Assembly: GCA_023396665.1 (NCBI GenBank)
Contig: JAEWVL010000071.1
Location: 1 to 32,562, forward strand
DNA from: Spirochaetota bacterium
GTDB lineage: Bacteria > Spirochaetota > UBA4802 > JAFGJZ01
Length of the DNA stretch: 32,562 nucleotides
Reading direction: 5' to 3'
Both the position numbers and the translations under genes were made by a program. Below the pieces are notes generated by a model, which had not been told where the DNA came from, searched no databases, and worked only from the letters and a program-made list of their open reading frames with translations. Shown here in pieces: positions 24,119-32,562 of this stretch; within the stretch, counting starts at the first letter, position 1, and every line of letters begins with the position of its first letter.

Positions 24119-25182
24119 TGAATAAACAGGTAATAATAATTTCAACACTGACAATACTGACTGCCGCATGCGTGGCTATGGCATCAGTAGTCATTTCAAA
24201 TTCGGAAAACAAAACTAATCCCGCTCTTCCGAAAGTCGCAATTCAGGAAGTAGATTTTGATGCGGAACAGATGCAATTACTTGGAGAAATTGTTGAGGGT
24301 GAACAGCGAACAATTGCTGCCGCCTTATCCGGATCAGTTATAGCGGTATTCTCCAAATCATTTGAAGAGCTTGTGAGATTCAAAACACCTCACGAGACGG
24401 AAATCACCGCATTGTGCGCCTCGGGTAATGAGGGGATATTAATCAGTGCAGATAAAGGCGGTTCCGTGTGTGTGTGGGATCTCGCAAAGAAACGTGTTGT
24501 TATGTTGAATTCTGTTCACAAGAGCGAGATCAGTGACATTAAAATAAGCGAAGACGGAACAAAATTCGCCACAGCAAGCCGTGATCGCACTGTAATTGTC
24601 AGGGATACAAGTTCACTCGAAGCAAAATTCGTACTGAAAGGTCACAGCAGTTACGTATCGGGAATAGATTTTTCCCCTGACGGATCAAAACTGGCATCTG
24701 TAGGCCTTGATAACAAACTTGTGATTTGGAACTGCGAAAACGGATTAAAGATAAAAGAGCGCAGCAACAGTCACTATCGAGCGGTTAACAGTGTGCGTTT
24801 CAGCAAAGACGGAAAACAGCTGATTACGTCAAGCGCTGACAAGATGATCAAGGTTTGGAACGCGGAAAATCTTGAACCGATTCATTCGATTAAAGGTCAT
24901 GTGAACGAGGTTCTTGCGATATCGTATAACGTTAGTGGAACCTTGATGTTTTCTGCCGGCAGGGACGGGTTTCTGTATGTGTATGACGCCTCCAGCGGAG
25001 AGCGTATGGGGAATGTAGAGCTGAAAAACAATGTGTATTCGTCAGGTATTCTGTCTGATCCCGATTTTGATCTCGTGTATGTTGCCGACAGATCAGGCGA
25101 TATAACCTGTATCGACGCGGCCGCGATGAATGTTCGCTATACTGCCACATTGGATTCCGTTAATGCGATTAGCTTTTTATAA
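24115..25182 (+). CDS. Membrane-anchored or secreted WD40-repeat beta-propeller protein
   Basis: 355 aa. N-terminal hydrophobic anchor (VIIISTLTILTAACVAMASVV), then repeated WD40 ends: SVCVWDL, TVIVRD, KLVIWN, MIKVWN, FLYVYD. Confidence 0.85.
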   Translation: MMNKQVIIISTLTILTAACVAMASVVISNSENKTNPALPKVAIQEVDFDAEQMQLLGEIVEGEQRTIAAALSGSVIAVFSKSFEELVRFKTPHETEITALCASGNEGILISADKGGSVCVWDLAKKRVVMLNSVHKSEISDIKISEDGTKFATASRDRTVIVRDTSSLEAKFVLKGHSSYVSGIDFSPDGSKLASVGLDNKLVIWNCENGLKIKERSNSHYRAVNSVRFSKDGKQLITSSADKMIKVWNAENLEPIHSIKGHVNEVLAISYNVSGTLMFSAGRDGFLYVYDASSGERMGNVELKNNVYSSGILSDPDFDLVYVADRSGDITCIDAAAMNVRYTATLDSVNAISFL

Positions 25183-25202
25183 TAACGGTACTGGAGCGAG
25201 TC

Positions 25203-25907
25203 ATGCTTTTAACATTTGAAAAACTGCCGTCTGAAAAACAAAATTCGATTCTTGAAGCCGCTGCAAGTGTATTCGCTGAGGAAGGCTTTCATTACGCGCG
25301 CATATCAAAAATATGCGAAAAGGCTTCGATTTCAAACGGTGCATTATATAAATATTTTACCGGTAAAGAGACTCTTTTTGTCGCTGTCATAGAATATGCG
25401 GCGGATCTTGTGAAAAAACATCTGTATCAGAAATTCTTTTCCGGGGAAAGACACCTTTTTGACTCACTCGCTCATCTTCTTGAGGAGATGGTTCTGTTCA
25501 ATAACGGAAACAATAATTACATATCGATCTATTCTGATCTCGGATCATCTTCGATGAACCGCTTTGCGCGAATCGCATCATCCAAATTCAAAAACGCAAC
25601 CAGTCAGTACACTATTCGCATGGTTGAGAGCGCAATTTCGAAGGGAGAAATACGGGCCGACATGTCGAGCGACAAAGCCGCATGCCTTATCGACAGCTAT
25701 ATCACGCTATTCTCCTTTACCCTTGTAAGTGAATACCACAGCAACCGTTTTGATTCTTTTTTTACCGGTAGTGACAACTCGCTTACAGAGCAGCAGAGAA
25801 TCAGGCTGGTCATTGATTCACTCAAAGAAGCACTGGCAAAATCTTCTTCGTGCGGAGAGCGACTGATCGCTTTCCGGGATACTAATTCATGTGAAGAGGC
25901 GATCTGA
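25203..25907 (+). CDS. TetR/AcrR-family transcriptional regulator
   Basis: 234 aa. N-terminal HTH: ILEAAASVFAEEGFHYARISKICEKASISNGALYKYFTGKETLF. Confidence 0.85.
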   Translation: MLLTFEKLPSEKQNSILEAAASVFAEEGFHYARISKICEKASISNGALYKYFTGKETLFVAVIEYAADLVKKHLYQKFFSGERHLFDSLAHLLEEMVLFNNGNNNYISIYSDLGSSSMNRFARIASSKFKNATSQYTIRMVESAISKGEIRADMSSDKAACLIDSYITLFSFTLVSEYHSNRFDSFFTGSDNSLTEQQRIRLVIDSLKEALAKSSSCGERLIAFRDTNSCEEAI

Positions 25908-26651
25908 ATGAAAATACTCGAGTTCATACACGATGAAGATCATCCAGAGACAAGCAATATGGACGCATGGGTTGAATCCAGGTTTTTTCATCTTACACAA
26001 AAGATCCGCGTGTACCGGAACGGACTGTCTTTTGTCGGTGAAGATTATGACATGATAATTCTGTACGGGGGGGCCCAGCATCTGTGGGATGAGAACAGGG
26101 AGGCCTGGCTTTCTGAGGAGATAGATTTTGTCAGAGATGCGATTTTTAATAAGAGAAAAGCAGTTATCGGCTTTTGTCTGGGCAGTCAGATTATCGCTGA
26201 GGCTCTCGGAGCGAAGGTTTACAAAATGGAGAAAGGCGAAATCGGGTGGTTCGGTATTAATGTAAAACATGATCACCCCCTGGTTCGGGATCTTGGAGAT
26301 CGTTTCGAAAGTTTTTTGTGGCATACTGATCATTATGATCTTCCCGGAGGATGTGTCTCCCTGGCGTCGACCGGACTGGCAGAGCATCAGATATATGCCA
26401 GTGAAGAGTATCCGGTTTGTGCGTATCAATTTCATCCGGAATATACGAAAACAATTATACAACATTATTTTGAAACCGGTTTTGATGAATACTGGGCTAA
26501 TGAAGCGTTTAATTCAAGTAAAGACGATTTCTCCGCAGATCTTGCGATCCGCCCGCAGACCTACGGGCTGTTTTCAAGACTGATGGACAATGCAATGGAA
26601 TATTTAGCGGCTAAATACAAAATATCAAATGAAAGTGAGGTACAGTTATGA
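25908..26651 (+). CDS. Class I (triad) glutamine amidotransferase-like protein, possibly a gamma-glutamyl-amide hydrolase
   Basis: 247 aa. Nucleophile elbow GFCLGSQ and a His-Glu pair in YQFHPEY. Starts immediately after the TetR stop. Its stop overlaps the next ATG (ATGA). Confidence 0.78.
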   Translation: MKILEFIHDEDHPETSNMDAWVESRFFHLTQKIRVYRNGLSFVGEDYDMIILYGGAQHLWDENREAWLSEEIDFVRDAIFNKRKAVIGFCLGSQIIAEALGAKVYKMEKGEIGWFGINVKHDHPLVRDLGDRFESFLWHTDHYDLPGGCVSLASTGLAEHQIYASEEYPVCAYQFHPEYTKTIIQHYFETGFDEYWANEAFNSSKDDFSADLAIRPQTYGLFSRLMDNAMEYLAAKYKISNESEVQL

Positions 26652-28039
26652 CATCAGCAGGTTTGTCAACGGCACCCAAAGAGGCGTTATCCGGTTACCG
26701 TAAGATGACGCAGGAAGATGTGAAAAACATAATTCGCGAGAAGGGTATCGAAATGATACGTCTGGAATATGTTGATATGAACGGAATTAACAGGGGCAAA
26801 TTATTGCCGGCCAAAATGCTTGATGAAGCTCTGGATGGCGGAATCGCCTTCGCGGCGGCAATTATGGCAATAAGCTATGATAACAATGTCGCCCAGGTAA
26901 AAGGGCTCAGTGAGTACAATTATGATGACATGAAAGTTGTCGCCGATCCCTCAACCTTTGTCGTGTTACCCTATCTGGAAAAAACAGCGCTGTTGCTCGG
27001 CGATCTGCATTATCATCACAAGCCGATGCTGCAATCGCCGCGCTGGTTTCTCAAAAAGATGATAGAGCAGTACAATGATCTTGGCGTAAATCCGATTACC
27101 GCGAGTGAACTCGAGTTCTTTCTGTTCAACAAGACCTCTGAAGGCGGATTCGTTCCCTATACAAGCAAAAATTGCAACTGCTATACCAGCAACACCCGTA
27201 TAGATCCCAAGGGATTTCTCAACAAACTGACGAGAATATTCACCGAAATGGATTTCAAGGTTCTGTACATGAACCATGAATTTTATCCGGGACAGTATGA
27301 ATATAACTGGATGCATGGTCCGGCCCTGAGAAATGCGGATGAAACTTCTATGTTCAAGGGAATATGCAAGGATGTGGCTGATATCAATGACATGCTGGCT
27401 ACGTTCATGGCCAAACCGCTCAATGGAGGCGGTGGAAGCGGATGTCACTTTCATGTATCTATGTCTGATCTCGAAAGCGGAGAGAATGTGTTTTACGATC
27501 CCGCAGACGATAACGGGATGTCCGGGATGATGAAGTACTTTGTCGGCGGTGTCCTCAAACATGCGAAATCTCTGGTCGCCTTTTTGTCCCCGACTATCAA
27601 CTGTTACCGCCGTTACCGTCCTGATTCTTTTGCACCCTATTATATCGGTTGGGGTTACGACAACCGCACAACATACATACGCATTCCCGATGAGCGGCAT
27701 GCGGCGACACGGGTCGAAGTGCGCGCGGCGAGTGCGGCGACAAATCCTTATCTGGCGCTTGGCGGAATTCTGGCCGCAGGTCTCGATGGTATTAAAAATA
27801 AAATTACACCGTCGGAAATAGTCACAACAGATCTGTATCATGACGAGGGAAAACAGCGGGAAACGGTTCCGAGAAGTCTGTTCCGGTCTCTATCTGAGCT
27901 TGAGAAGGATGAGTGGATGTGCGAAATGGCAGGACAGGATCTGATAAACAATTTCGTCGCCCTGAAAAATCTCGAAGTTGAGGGATTCAACACGAGTGTG
28001 ACAGACTGGGAATGGAATACCTATTCGTATCATGTCTGA
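26648..28039 (+). CDS. Glutamine synthetase family ligase (type I fold; glnA-like or gamma-glutamyl-amine synthetase such as GmaS/PuuA)
   Basis: 463 aa. Contains SELEFFLF, NHEFYPGQYEYN, GGGSGCHFHVS, NCYRRYRP and RVEVRAASAATNPYLA, the GS catalytic motifs. Confidence 0.88.
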   Translation: MTSAGLSTAPKEALSGYRKMTQEDVKNIIREKGIEMIRLEYVDMNGINRGKLLPAKMLDEALDGGIAFAAAIMAISYDNNVAQVKGLSEYNYDDMKVVADPSTFVVLPYLEKTALLLGDLHYHHKPMLQSPRWFLKKMIEQYNDLGVNPITASELEFFLFNKTSEGGFVPYTSKNCNCYTSNTRIDPKGFLNKLTRIFTEMDFKVLYMNHEFYPGQYEYNWMHGPALRNADETSMFKGICKDVADINDMLATFMAKPLNGGGGSGCHFHVSMSDLESGENVFYDPADDNGMSGMMKYFVGGVLKHAKSLVAFLSPTINCYRRYRPDSFAPYYIGWGYDNRTTYIRIPDERHAATRVEVRAASAATNPYLALGGILAAGLDGIKNKITPSEIVTTDLYHDEGKQRETVPRSLFRSLSELEKDEWMCEMAGQDLINNFVALKNLEVEGFNTSVTDWEWNTYSYHV

Positions 28040-28071
28040 AAAGAATTAGATCCAATGCACAGGAGGAAAAC

Positions 28072-28968
28072 ATGTGCGGTATAGCCGGTATTATTAATAA
28101 AGAGGGAATGGATGTTTCCACCAAACTGGTGGATATGCTGAAACTCATTCAGCATCGGGGTCCCGATGCGACGGGTATAGCGGTTTACGGAGCCGGTGAA
28201 TCAATTACAATGCGTGTCGCGATTACAGACAAGGACAGGCATATTGAACTGATGAACATAGTGGCCGAGTACGCGAGAATCGCCGGAGAAAGCACATCAG
28301 ACTGGAGACGCAATATTGTATTCGCTGATTTTGTTCTCGAAATGGAGCAGACCGATATCCCCCGTTTGCATGAGCGGATCAACAGTGTTGACGGCCTTTG
28401 TGTACACTACGTCGGCAGAGGGATGCGCTTATTCAAGGATGCTGGTTCGACAACAGAGCTGGTTGAAAAGCATCGTATCGGATCCATTACCGCGACTCAT
28501 GGAATGGGTCACGTGCGTATGGCAACGGAAAGCGCTGAAGACATCAACGCTGCGCATCCCTTTGTTTCTCCGTTTTATCCTGAACTGAGTGTTGTGCACA
28601 ACGGACAGTTTACAAACTATTTCAATTTGCGAAGATCGCTTGAGCGCAGAGGTGCTATCTTTAAAACACTAAACGATTCTGAAGCGGCAAGTCATCTGAT
28701 AGCCTGGGCAATGAAAGAAAACGGCGGAGATCTGAAGGCTGCTCTCCTGTACGCACTTGAGGAGATGGACGGTATTTTCTGCATCATCGCTGCGACATCA
28801 AAGCAAATGGGATTCGTGAAAGACAGAATGGGAATAAAACCCTTTCTGCTATTTGAAAAAGACAACATGACGTTTTTCGGATCGGAGCAAATCGAATTTA
28901 CCACAGTCTTTCCGGATGTATACGCCGAAGAGATGGAACCGGGAGAGGTGCGGGTATGGAATATATAG
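28072..28968 (+). CDS. Class II (Ntn) glutamine amidotransferase, glutamate synthase domain-1-like (MgsA-like)
   Basis: The ATG at 28072 after an AGGAGG RBS gives MCGIAGI (catalytic Cys1). HGMGHVRMAT and VVHNGQFTNY motifs are present. Confidence 0.85.
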   Translation: MCGIAGIINKEGMDVSTKLVDMLKLIQHRGPDATGIAVYGAGESITMRVAITDKDRHIELMNIVAEYARIAGESTSDWRRNIVFADFVLEMEQTDIPRLHERINSVDGLCVHYVGRGMRLFKDAGSTTELVEKHRIGSITATHGMGHVRMATESAEDINAAHPFVSPFYPELSVVHNGQFTNYFNLRRSLERRGAIFKTLNDSEAASHLIAWAMKENGGDLKAALLYALEEMDGIFCIIAATSKQMGFVKDRMGIKPFLLFEKDNMTFFGSEQIEFTTVFPDVYAEEMEPGEVRVWNI

Positions 28969-29675
28969 ATGCCGCTAACATGAAAAGCGGAGAACTTAAT
29001 CCGATCATTACTAAAATTCTGGATTGGGACTCTGAGGTGCACATCAAAAACCCTCATTCTATGCACAATATCGCGATCGGAATCAGGAAGAAGGGCCGGA
29101 TTGTCATTGATGGAAGTACGGGCTTTTATACCGGCGGTTTTCTTGAAGGAGCCACTGTTGTTGTCGAGGGAAACACCGGATGGTATGCGGGTGACAACAT
29201 GATGGATGGTGAGCTGATAATTAAAAAGAATGCGGGATGCAATGCTGGCGCCTATTTCTACGGAGGAACCATGGTTATTCGCGGAGGCACAGGGAGCCGG
29301 GTGGGATACGGCATGAAAGGTGGAACCATAATAGTGTGCGGTTCAGCCGGCAGGTGGGCCGGGCAGATGACACTGGGTGGAAAACTTGTCATTCTGGGTG
29401 ATCCCGGGAAACAGCTGGGCGAGTCGATGTACCGGGGGGCGATATTCGTGCGCGATGATGAAGTTGAATCCAGACTGGGGGGCAATGTGTTTGTTGATTC
29501 TCCGACAGCGCAGGAGATCAGCGAACTGAACGCGATGTTCACGTTGTACGATATTGATGCAGACGGTGCCCGGCTTCGTGCTGTGCGCCCCATGACAACG
29601 GGTCGGCACAATTATGTGCTGTTTAAGCCGGAACTGCGTCCTGAACTTTCAAACAGGAATGGTCTGACATTATGA
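28956..29675 (+). CDS. GXGXG-motif protein, glutamate synthase C-terminal-domain-like (MgsB-like)
   Basis: 239 aa of repeated beta-helix G-x-G motifs (VVVEGNTGWYAGDNMMDGELIIKKNAGCNAG, GGTMVIRGGTGSRVGYGMKGGTIIVCGSAG). Overlaps the upstream gene by 13 nt. Confidence 0.85.
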   Translation: MEYIDAANMKSGELNPIITKILDWDSEVHIKNPHSMHNIAIGIRKKGRIVIDGSTGFYTGGFLEGATVVVEGNTGWYAGDNMMDGELIIKKNAGCNAGAYFYGGTMVIRGGTGSRVGYGMKGGTIIVCGSAGRWAGQMTLGGKLVILGDPGKQLGESMYRGAIFVRDDEVESRLGGNVFVDSPTAQEISELNAMFTLYDIDADGARLRAVRPMTTGRHNYVLFKPELRPELSNRNGLTL

Positions 29676-30976
29676 AAGATAACGAGATAAGAGAAAAAGA
29701 ATTCTCTCCGAAAGACGAGCAGCGCGGAGTTTGGAACCAGCAAACCGTTTCGGAGATAGAATACAAGGCCCGCTACGGCAAACACCGTATTCGCGGGTGC
29801 GGTGCAACGCGTTATATGCCGAATTTCGACGATCTGATGGTTCTTCCCTCACAGTTGACGCGTATGTCAATAGATACCTACCGCGAACCCTGTGAGACCA
29901 GAACCGTTCTGGGCAAGCGTTTTGCGACAAAGCCATTGGTAATTGAAACTCCGATCATGATCGCCGGTATGTCCTATGGGGCGCTCAGCAAAGAATCAAA
30001 AATTGCACTGGCGAAAGCGACAGCGTTGACAGGGACGGTAATCAGTAACGGCGAGGGCGGACTTCTGCCCGAAGAAAGAGAGCACTCCTATCGTCAGTCT
30101 GTGCAGATTCTTCCCAGCCGTTTCGGTTTCAGCCGCAGAAGCATGGATGTGGCTGACATGCTGGAATTTCTTGTCGGTATCGGGGCCAAGCCCGGACTGT
30201 CGGGGCATCTGATGGGCGAGAAAATCACAGAGGAGATTGCCGCTTTCAGGCAGTTGCCCGTGGGAATAGATCTGCACAGTCATCCCCGTCATGGTGACGC
30301 CTTCGGTGCCGATGACATGGTCGTTAAGATGGAGCAGATCCGTGAACTGACGAAGGGTGAGATTCCCATTTTCGCGAAAATCGCCGCGGGCAGAGTAAGG
30401 GACGATGTGAAGATAGCCGTGAAGGTTGGTGCTGACGGCATCATCATCGATGGCGCTCAGGGGGGGACCGGAGCGGCTCCGGTGATGGCGACCGATCATC
30501 TCGGTATTCCGGCGATGCCCGCTCTTGTGCAGGCCGTGGCGACGCTTGAAGAGATGGGACTGAAGGATGATGTCAGCATCATCATATCCGGCGGTATAAA
30601 AGACGGAGCCGACATGGCCAAAGCCCTTGCTCTCGGAGCCGACGCGGTTGCAATCGGTACCGGTGCGATGATCGCAATGGGCTGCAGAGTCTGTCTTCGC
30701 TGTCACAGCGGAAACTGTGCATTCGGCATAGGCACTCAGCGTGAGGATCTGCGCGTGAAACTCGACATAGAAGAAGCCGCACAACGTGTTGCGAACTATA
30801 TCACCGCGATGACGAACGAAGCAATACTGCTGGCCAAGGCGGCGGGAAAGACTAAACTGAAAAATCTTGAACGAGAGGATCTAAGGTCGATGACACTGGA
30901 AAGCTGCGCGATGACCGGTATACCTCTGGTCGGAAGTGATTTTGTTTTTGGAAAACGATTCGGGTTCGGAGCGTGA
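29672..30976 (+). CDS. FMN-dependent glutamate synthase domain-2-like subunit (MgsC-like)
   Basis: 434 aa. Contains IAGMSYGALS, GEGG, KPGLSGHL, IIIDGAQGGTGAAP and ISGGIKDGADMAKALALGADAV, plus the Cys cluster CRVCLRCHSGNC. ATGA overlap upstream. Confidence 0.9.
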   Translation: MKDNEIREKEFSPKDEQRGVWNQQTVSEIEYKARYGKHRIRGCGATRYMPNFDDLMVLPSQLTRMSIDTYREPCETRTVLGKRFATKPLVIETPIMIAGMSYGALSKESKIALAKATALTGTVISNGEGGLLPEEREHSYRQSVQILPSRFGFSRRSMDVADMLEFLVGIGAKPGLSGHLMGEKITEEIAAFRQLPVGIDLHSHPRHGDAFGADDMVVKMEQIRELTKGEIPIFAKIAAGRVRDDVKIAVKVGADGIIIDGAQGGTGAAPVMATDHLGIPAMPALVQAVATLEEMGLKDDVSIIISGGIKDGADMAKALALGADAVAIGTGAMIAMGCRVCLRCHSGNCAFGIGTQREDLRVKLDIEEAAQRVANYITAMTNEAILLAKAAGKTKLKNLEREDLRSMTLESCAMTGIPLVGSDFVFGKRFGFGA

Positions 30977-30988
30977 GGAGGAAAGCTG

Positions 30989-31312
30989 ATGAGAATAGAA
31001 ACCCATCCGATATTGGAGAAATTTGAAAAGGGGCCGAAGGTGAGTTTTGAGTATGACGGAAGAATTCTCGAAGGATACGAGGGTGAGCCCATAGCGGTTG
31101 CCCTGCGTGCCAACGGTGTAATGACCCATCGTTATACGTCAAAGCGCCATGAGCCCAGAGGAGTTTTCTGTGCAATCGGTCGCTGTACGGACTGTGTGAT
31201 GATTGTCGATGGAAAACCCAACGTACGAACCTGTGTGACCGGTTTGAAAGCCGGCATGAAAGTGCAGACACAACATGGTGTATCAGCAAAACCGAACGGA
31301 GACGGGCTATGA
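30989..31312 (+). CDS. Small (2Fe-2S)-binding protein, HcnA / sarcosine-oxidase-alpha N-terminal type
   Basis: 107 aa. GEPIAVALRANGV and CAIGRCTDC...VRTC (C-x4-C-x2-C-x11-C). Confidence 0.75.
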   Translation: MRIETHPILEKFEKGPKVSFEYDGRILEGYEGEPIAVALRANGVMTHRYTSKRHEPRGVFCAIGRCTDCVMIVDGKPNVRTCVTGLKAGMKVQTQHGVSAKPNGDGL

Positions 31313-32562
31313 AAAGATATGACTTGATTGTGATCGGTGCCGGACCCGCCGGCCTTTCAGCAGCCATCGAGGCTGCGCAGGCGGAAATGAAGGTTGTTGT
31401 GTATGACGAGAATTCCCGGCCGGGCGGTCAGCTGTTCAAACAGATTCACAAGTTTTTCGGATCGAAAGAGCATCGCGCCAAAGAAAGGGGTTTCCGAATA
31501 GGAGAGAGACTGCTCGCTGAAGCCCGCGCACTTGGTGTTGAAGTTTCACTCGATACAACCGTGACAGGAATTTTTGAAAACAGGGAAGTCACCTTCATGA
31601 AAGACTCACGTATCGGGCATGTGAAGGCAGCTTCTATTATTATAGCGACCGGCGCATCGGAGAACATGCTGCCTTTCCAAGGCTGGACTTTGCCGGGTGT
31701 AATCGGCGCCGGTGCCGCACAGACCATGATGAATCTTCATGGTGTCAAACCGGGTAATCGTGTGCTGATGGTCGGCTCAGGAAATGTTGGTCTTGTTGTC
31801 GGCTACCAGATCATGCAGGCAGGATGCACGCTTGTTGCGGTGGTTGATGCCGCTCCGACTGTAGGGGGATACGGTGTTCACGCATCAAAAATTGCCCGCA
31901 CCGGTCTTCCCTTTTACATGTCGCACACCGTCAGGGAAGCGCATGGAACAGATAAAGTTGAAGGTGCGACAATCGTTGAGGTTGATAAGAACTGGCAGCA
32001 GATAGCCGGAAGCGAAAAACATTTGGATGTGGATACCATCTGCATCGCCGTTGGTCTTTCACCGATGTCCCAGCTTGCGGCAATGGCCGGATGTGCTATG
32101 GAGGAAAATCCTTTGAAAGGCGGTCTCGTTCCCGTATGCGGAAGTTGCGGCGAGACTTCGGTGGAGGGGATCTATGTTGCCGGAGATGTCGCCGGTATCG
32201 AGGAAGCGAGCTCGGCCATGATTCAGGGAAAAATTGCCGGAGCCGCGGCTGCGAGAGCCATGGAATGCATGAGTGACAATGAATTCGAACTGAGGCGGGA
32301 ACAGTATGCGCAATCGCTGAGCCGGCTTCGTGAGGGAATGTTCGCGCACAAGAATCGCGGAAAACCCAAAATCGAAACGGACGAAGGTCTTCCTCTGTCA
32401 CAGAGTCTTTTGACGAAGGGCTATGTCGCTGATATTGAATTATCCCATTTTCCGGGAATACCCGCAGCCGAAAAACGCGCATCGGGTCTTGTTCCGGTCA
32501 TCGAGTGCATGCAGAATATTCCCTGTGATCCCTGTCAGGATGCCTGTAAAAAAGGCTGTATC
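31309..32562 (+). CDS. FAD/NAD(P)-binding pyridine-nucleotide-disulfide-type oxidoreductase (HcnB / opine oxidase A / proline dehydrogenase alpha-like), 3' end outside the window
   Basis: Not in the ORF track because no stop is reached. The ATG at 31309 (ATGA overlap) opens a 418-codon frame to the window end. It has DLIVIGAGPAGLSAA, LMVGSGNVGLVVG and YVAGDVAG, plus a terminal Cys cluster CDPCQDACKKGC. Confidence 0.82.
   Translation, partial: MKRYDLIVIGAGPAGLSAAIEAAQAEMKVVVYDENSRPGGQLFKQIHKFFGSKEHRAKERGFRIGERLLAEARALGVEVSLDTTVTGIFENREVTFMKDSRIGHVKAASIIIATGASENMLPFQGWTLPGVIGAGAAQTMMNLHGVKPGNRVLMVGSGNVGLVVGYQIMQAGCTLVAVVDAAPTVGGYGVHASKIARTGLPFYMSHTVREAHGTDKVEGATIVEVDKNWQQIAGSEKHLDVDTICIAVGLSPMSQLAAMAGCAMEENPLKGGLVPVCGSCGETSVEGIYVAGDVAGIEEASSAMIQGKIAGAAAARAMECMSDNEFELRREQYAQSLSRLREGMFAHKNRGKPKIETDEGLPLSQSLLTKGYVADIELSHFPGIPAAEKRASGLVPVIECMQNIPCDPCQDACKKGCI

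Noticed and set aside
1-32562. CRISPR arrays, IS elements, prophage or defence-island content
   Set aside because: I saw no regularly spaced direct repeats, and no transposase, integrase, nuclease or helicase-like ORFs. The gene content is metabolic, envelope and signalling.

Overview
Bacterial chromosomal window, almost fully coding, with about 31 supportable genes in five co-directional blocks. I saw no rRNA, tRNA, CRISPR array, transposase or integrase.
(1) + strand: shikimate operon aroF-aroB-aroD-aroE::aroK, joined by start/stop overlaps, then pheA.
(2) + strand: GerMN protein, CYTH protein and proA, also joined by overlaps.
(3) + strand: a minimal exosortase-like protein, then a ~977-aa protein with ~12 N-terminal TM helices, VIT-like and vWA-like regions and a textbook PEP-CTERM sorting signal. 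A GNAT and two lipoproteins follow.
(4) - strand: EI24/CysZ-like membrane protein, tmk, a degenerate membrane PP2C and an intact membrane PP2C. After these come a HicB-like protein, a TPR protein and crcB.
(5) A 794-bp divergent intergenic region (743 bp if the EI24-like gene uses its TTG at 21358) holds three consecutive perfect hairpins and a near-consensus sigma-54 promoter. It is followed by a 10.5-kb + strand nitrogen/amine cluster that runs off the window: APC permease, Cys-rich hypothetical, WD40 protein, TetR, class I amidotransferase, glutamine-synthetase-like ligase, a three-piece glutamate-synthase-like enzyme, a 2Fe-2S protein and an FAD oxidoreductase.
The best candidates for under-described biology are three:
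- the dedicated exosortase/target pair;
- the PP2C/pseudo-PP2C pair coupled to tmk;
- the sigma-54-driven GS-like/GltS-like/HcnAB-like cluster, which could be a gamma-glutamyl amine catabolic route or an unusual GS-GOGAT.
All family calls come from motif recognition by eye on the translated ORFs. No database search was run.
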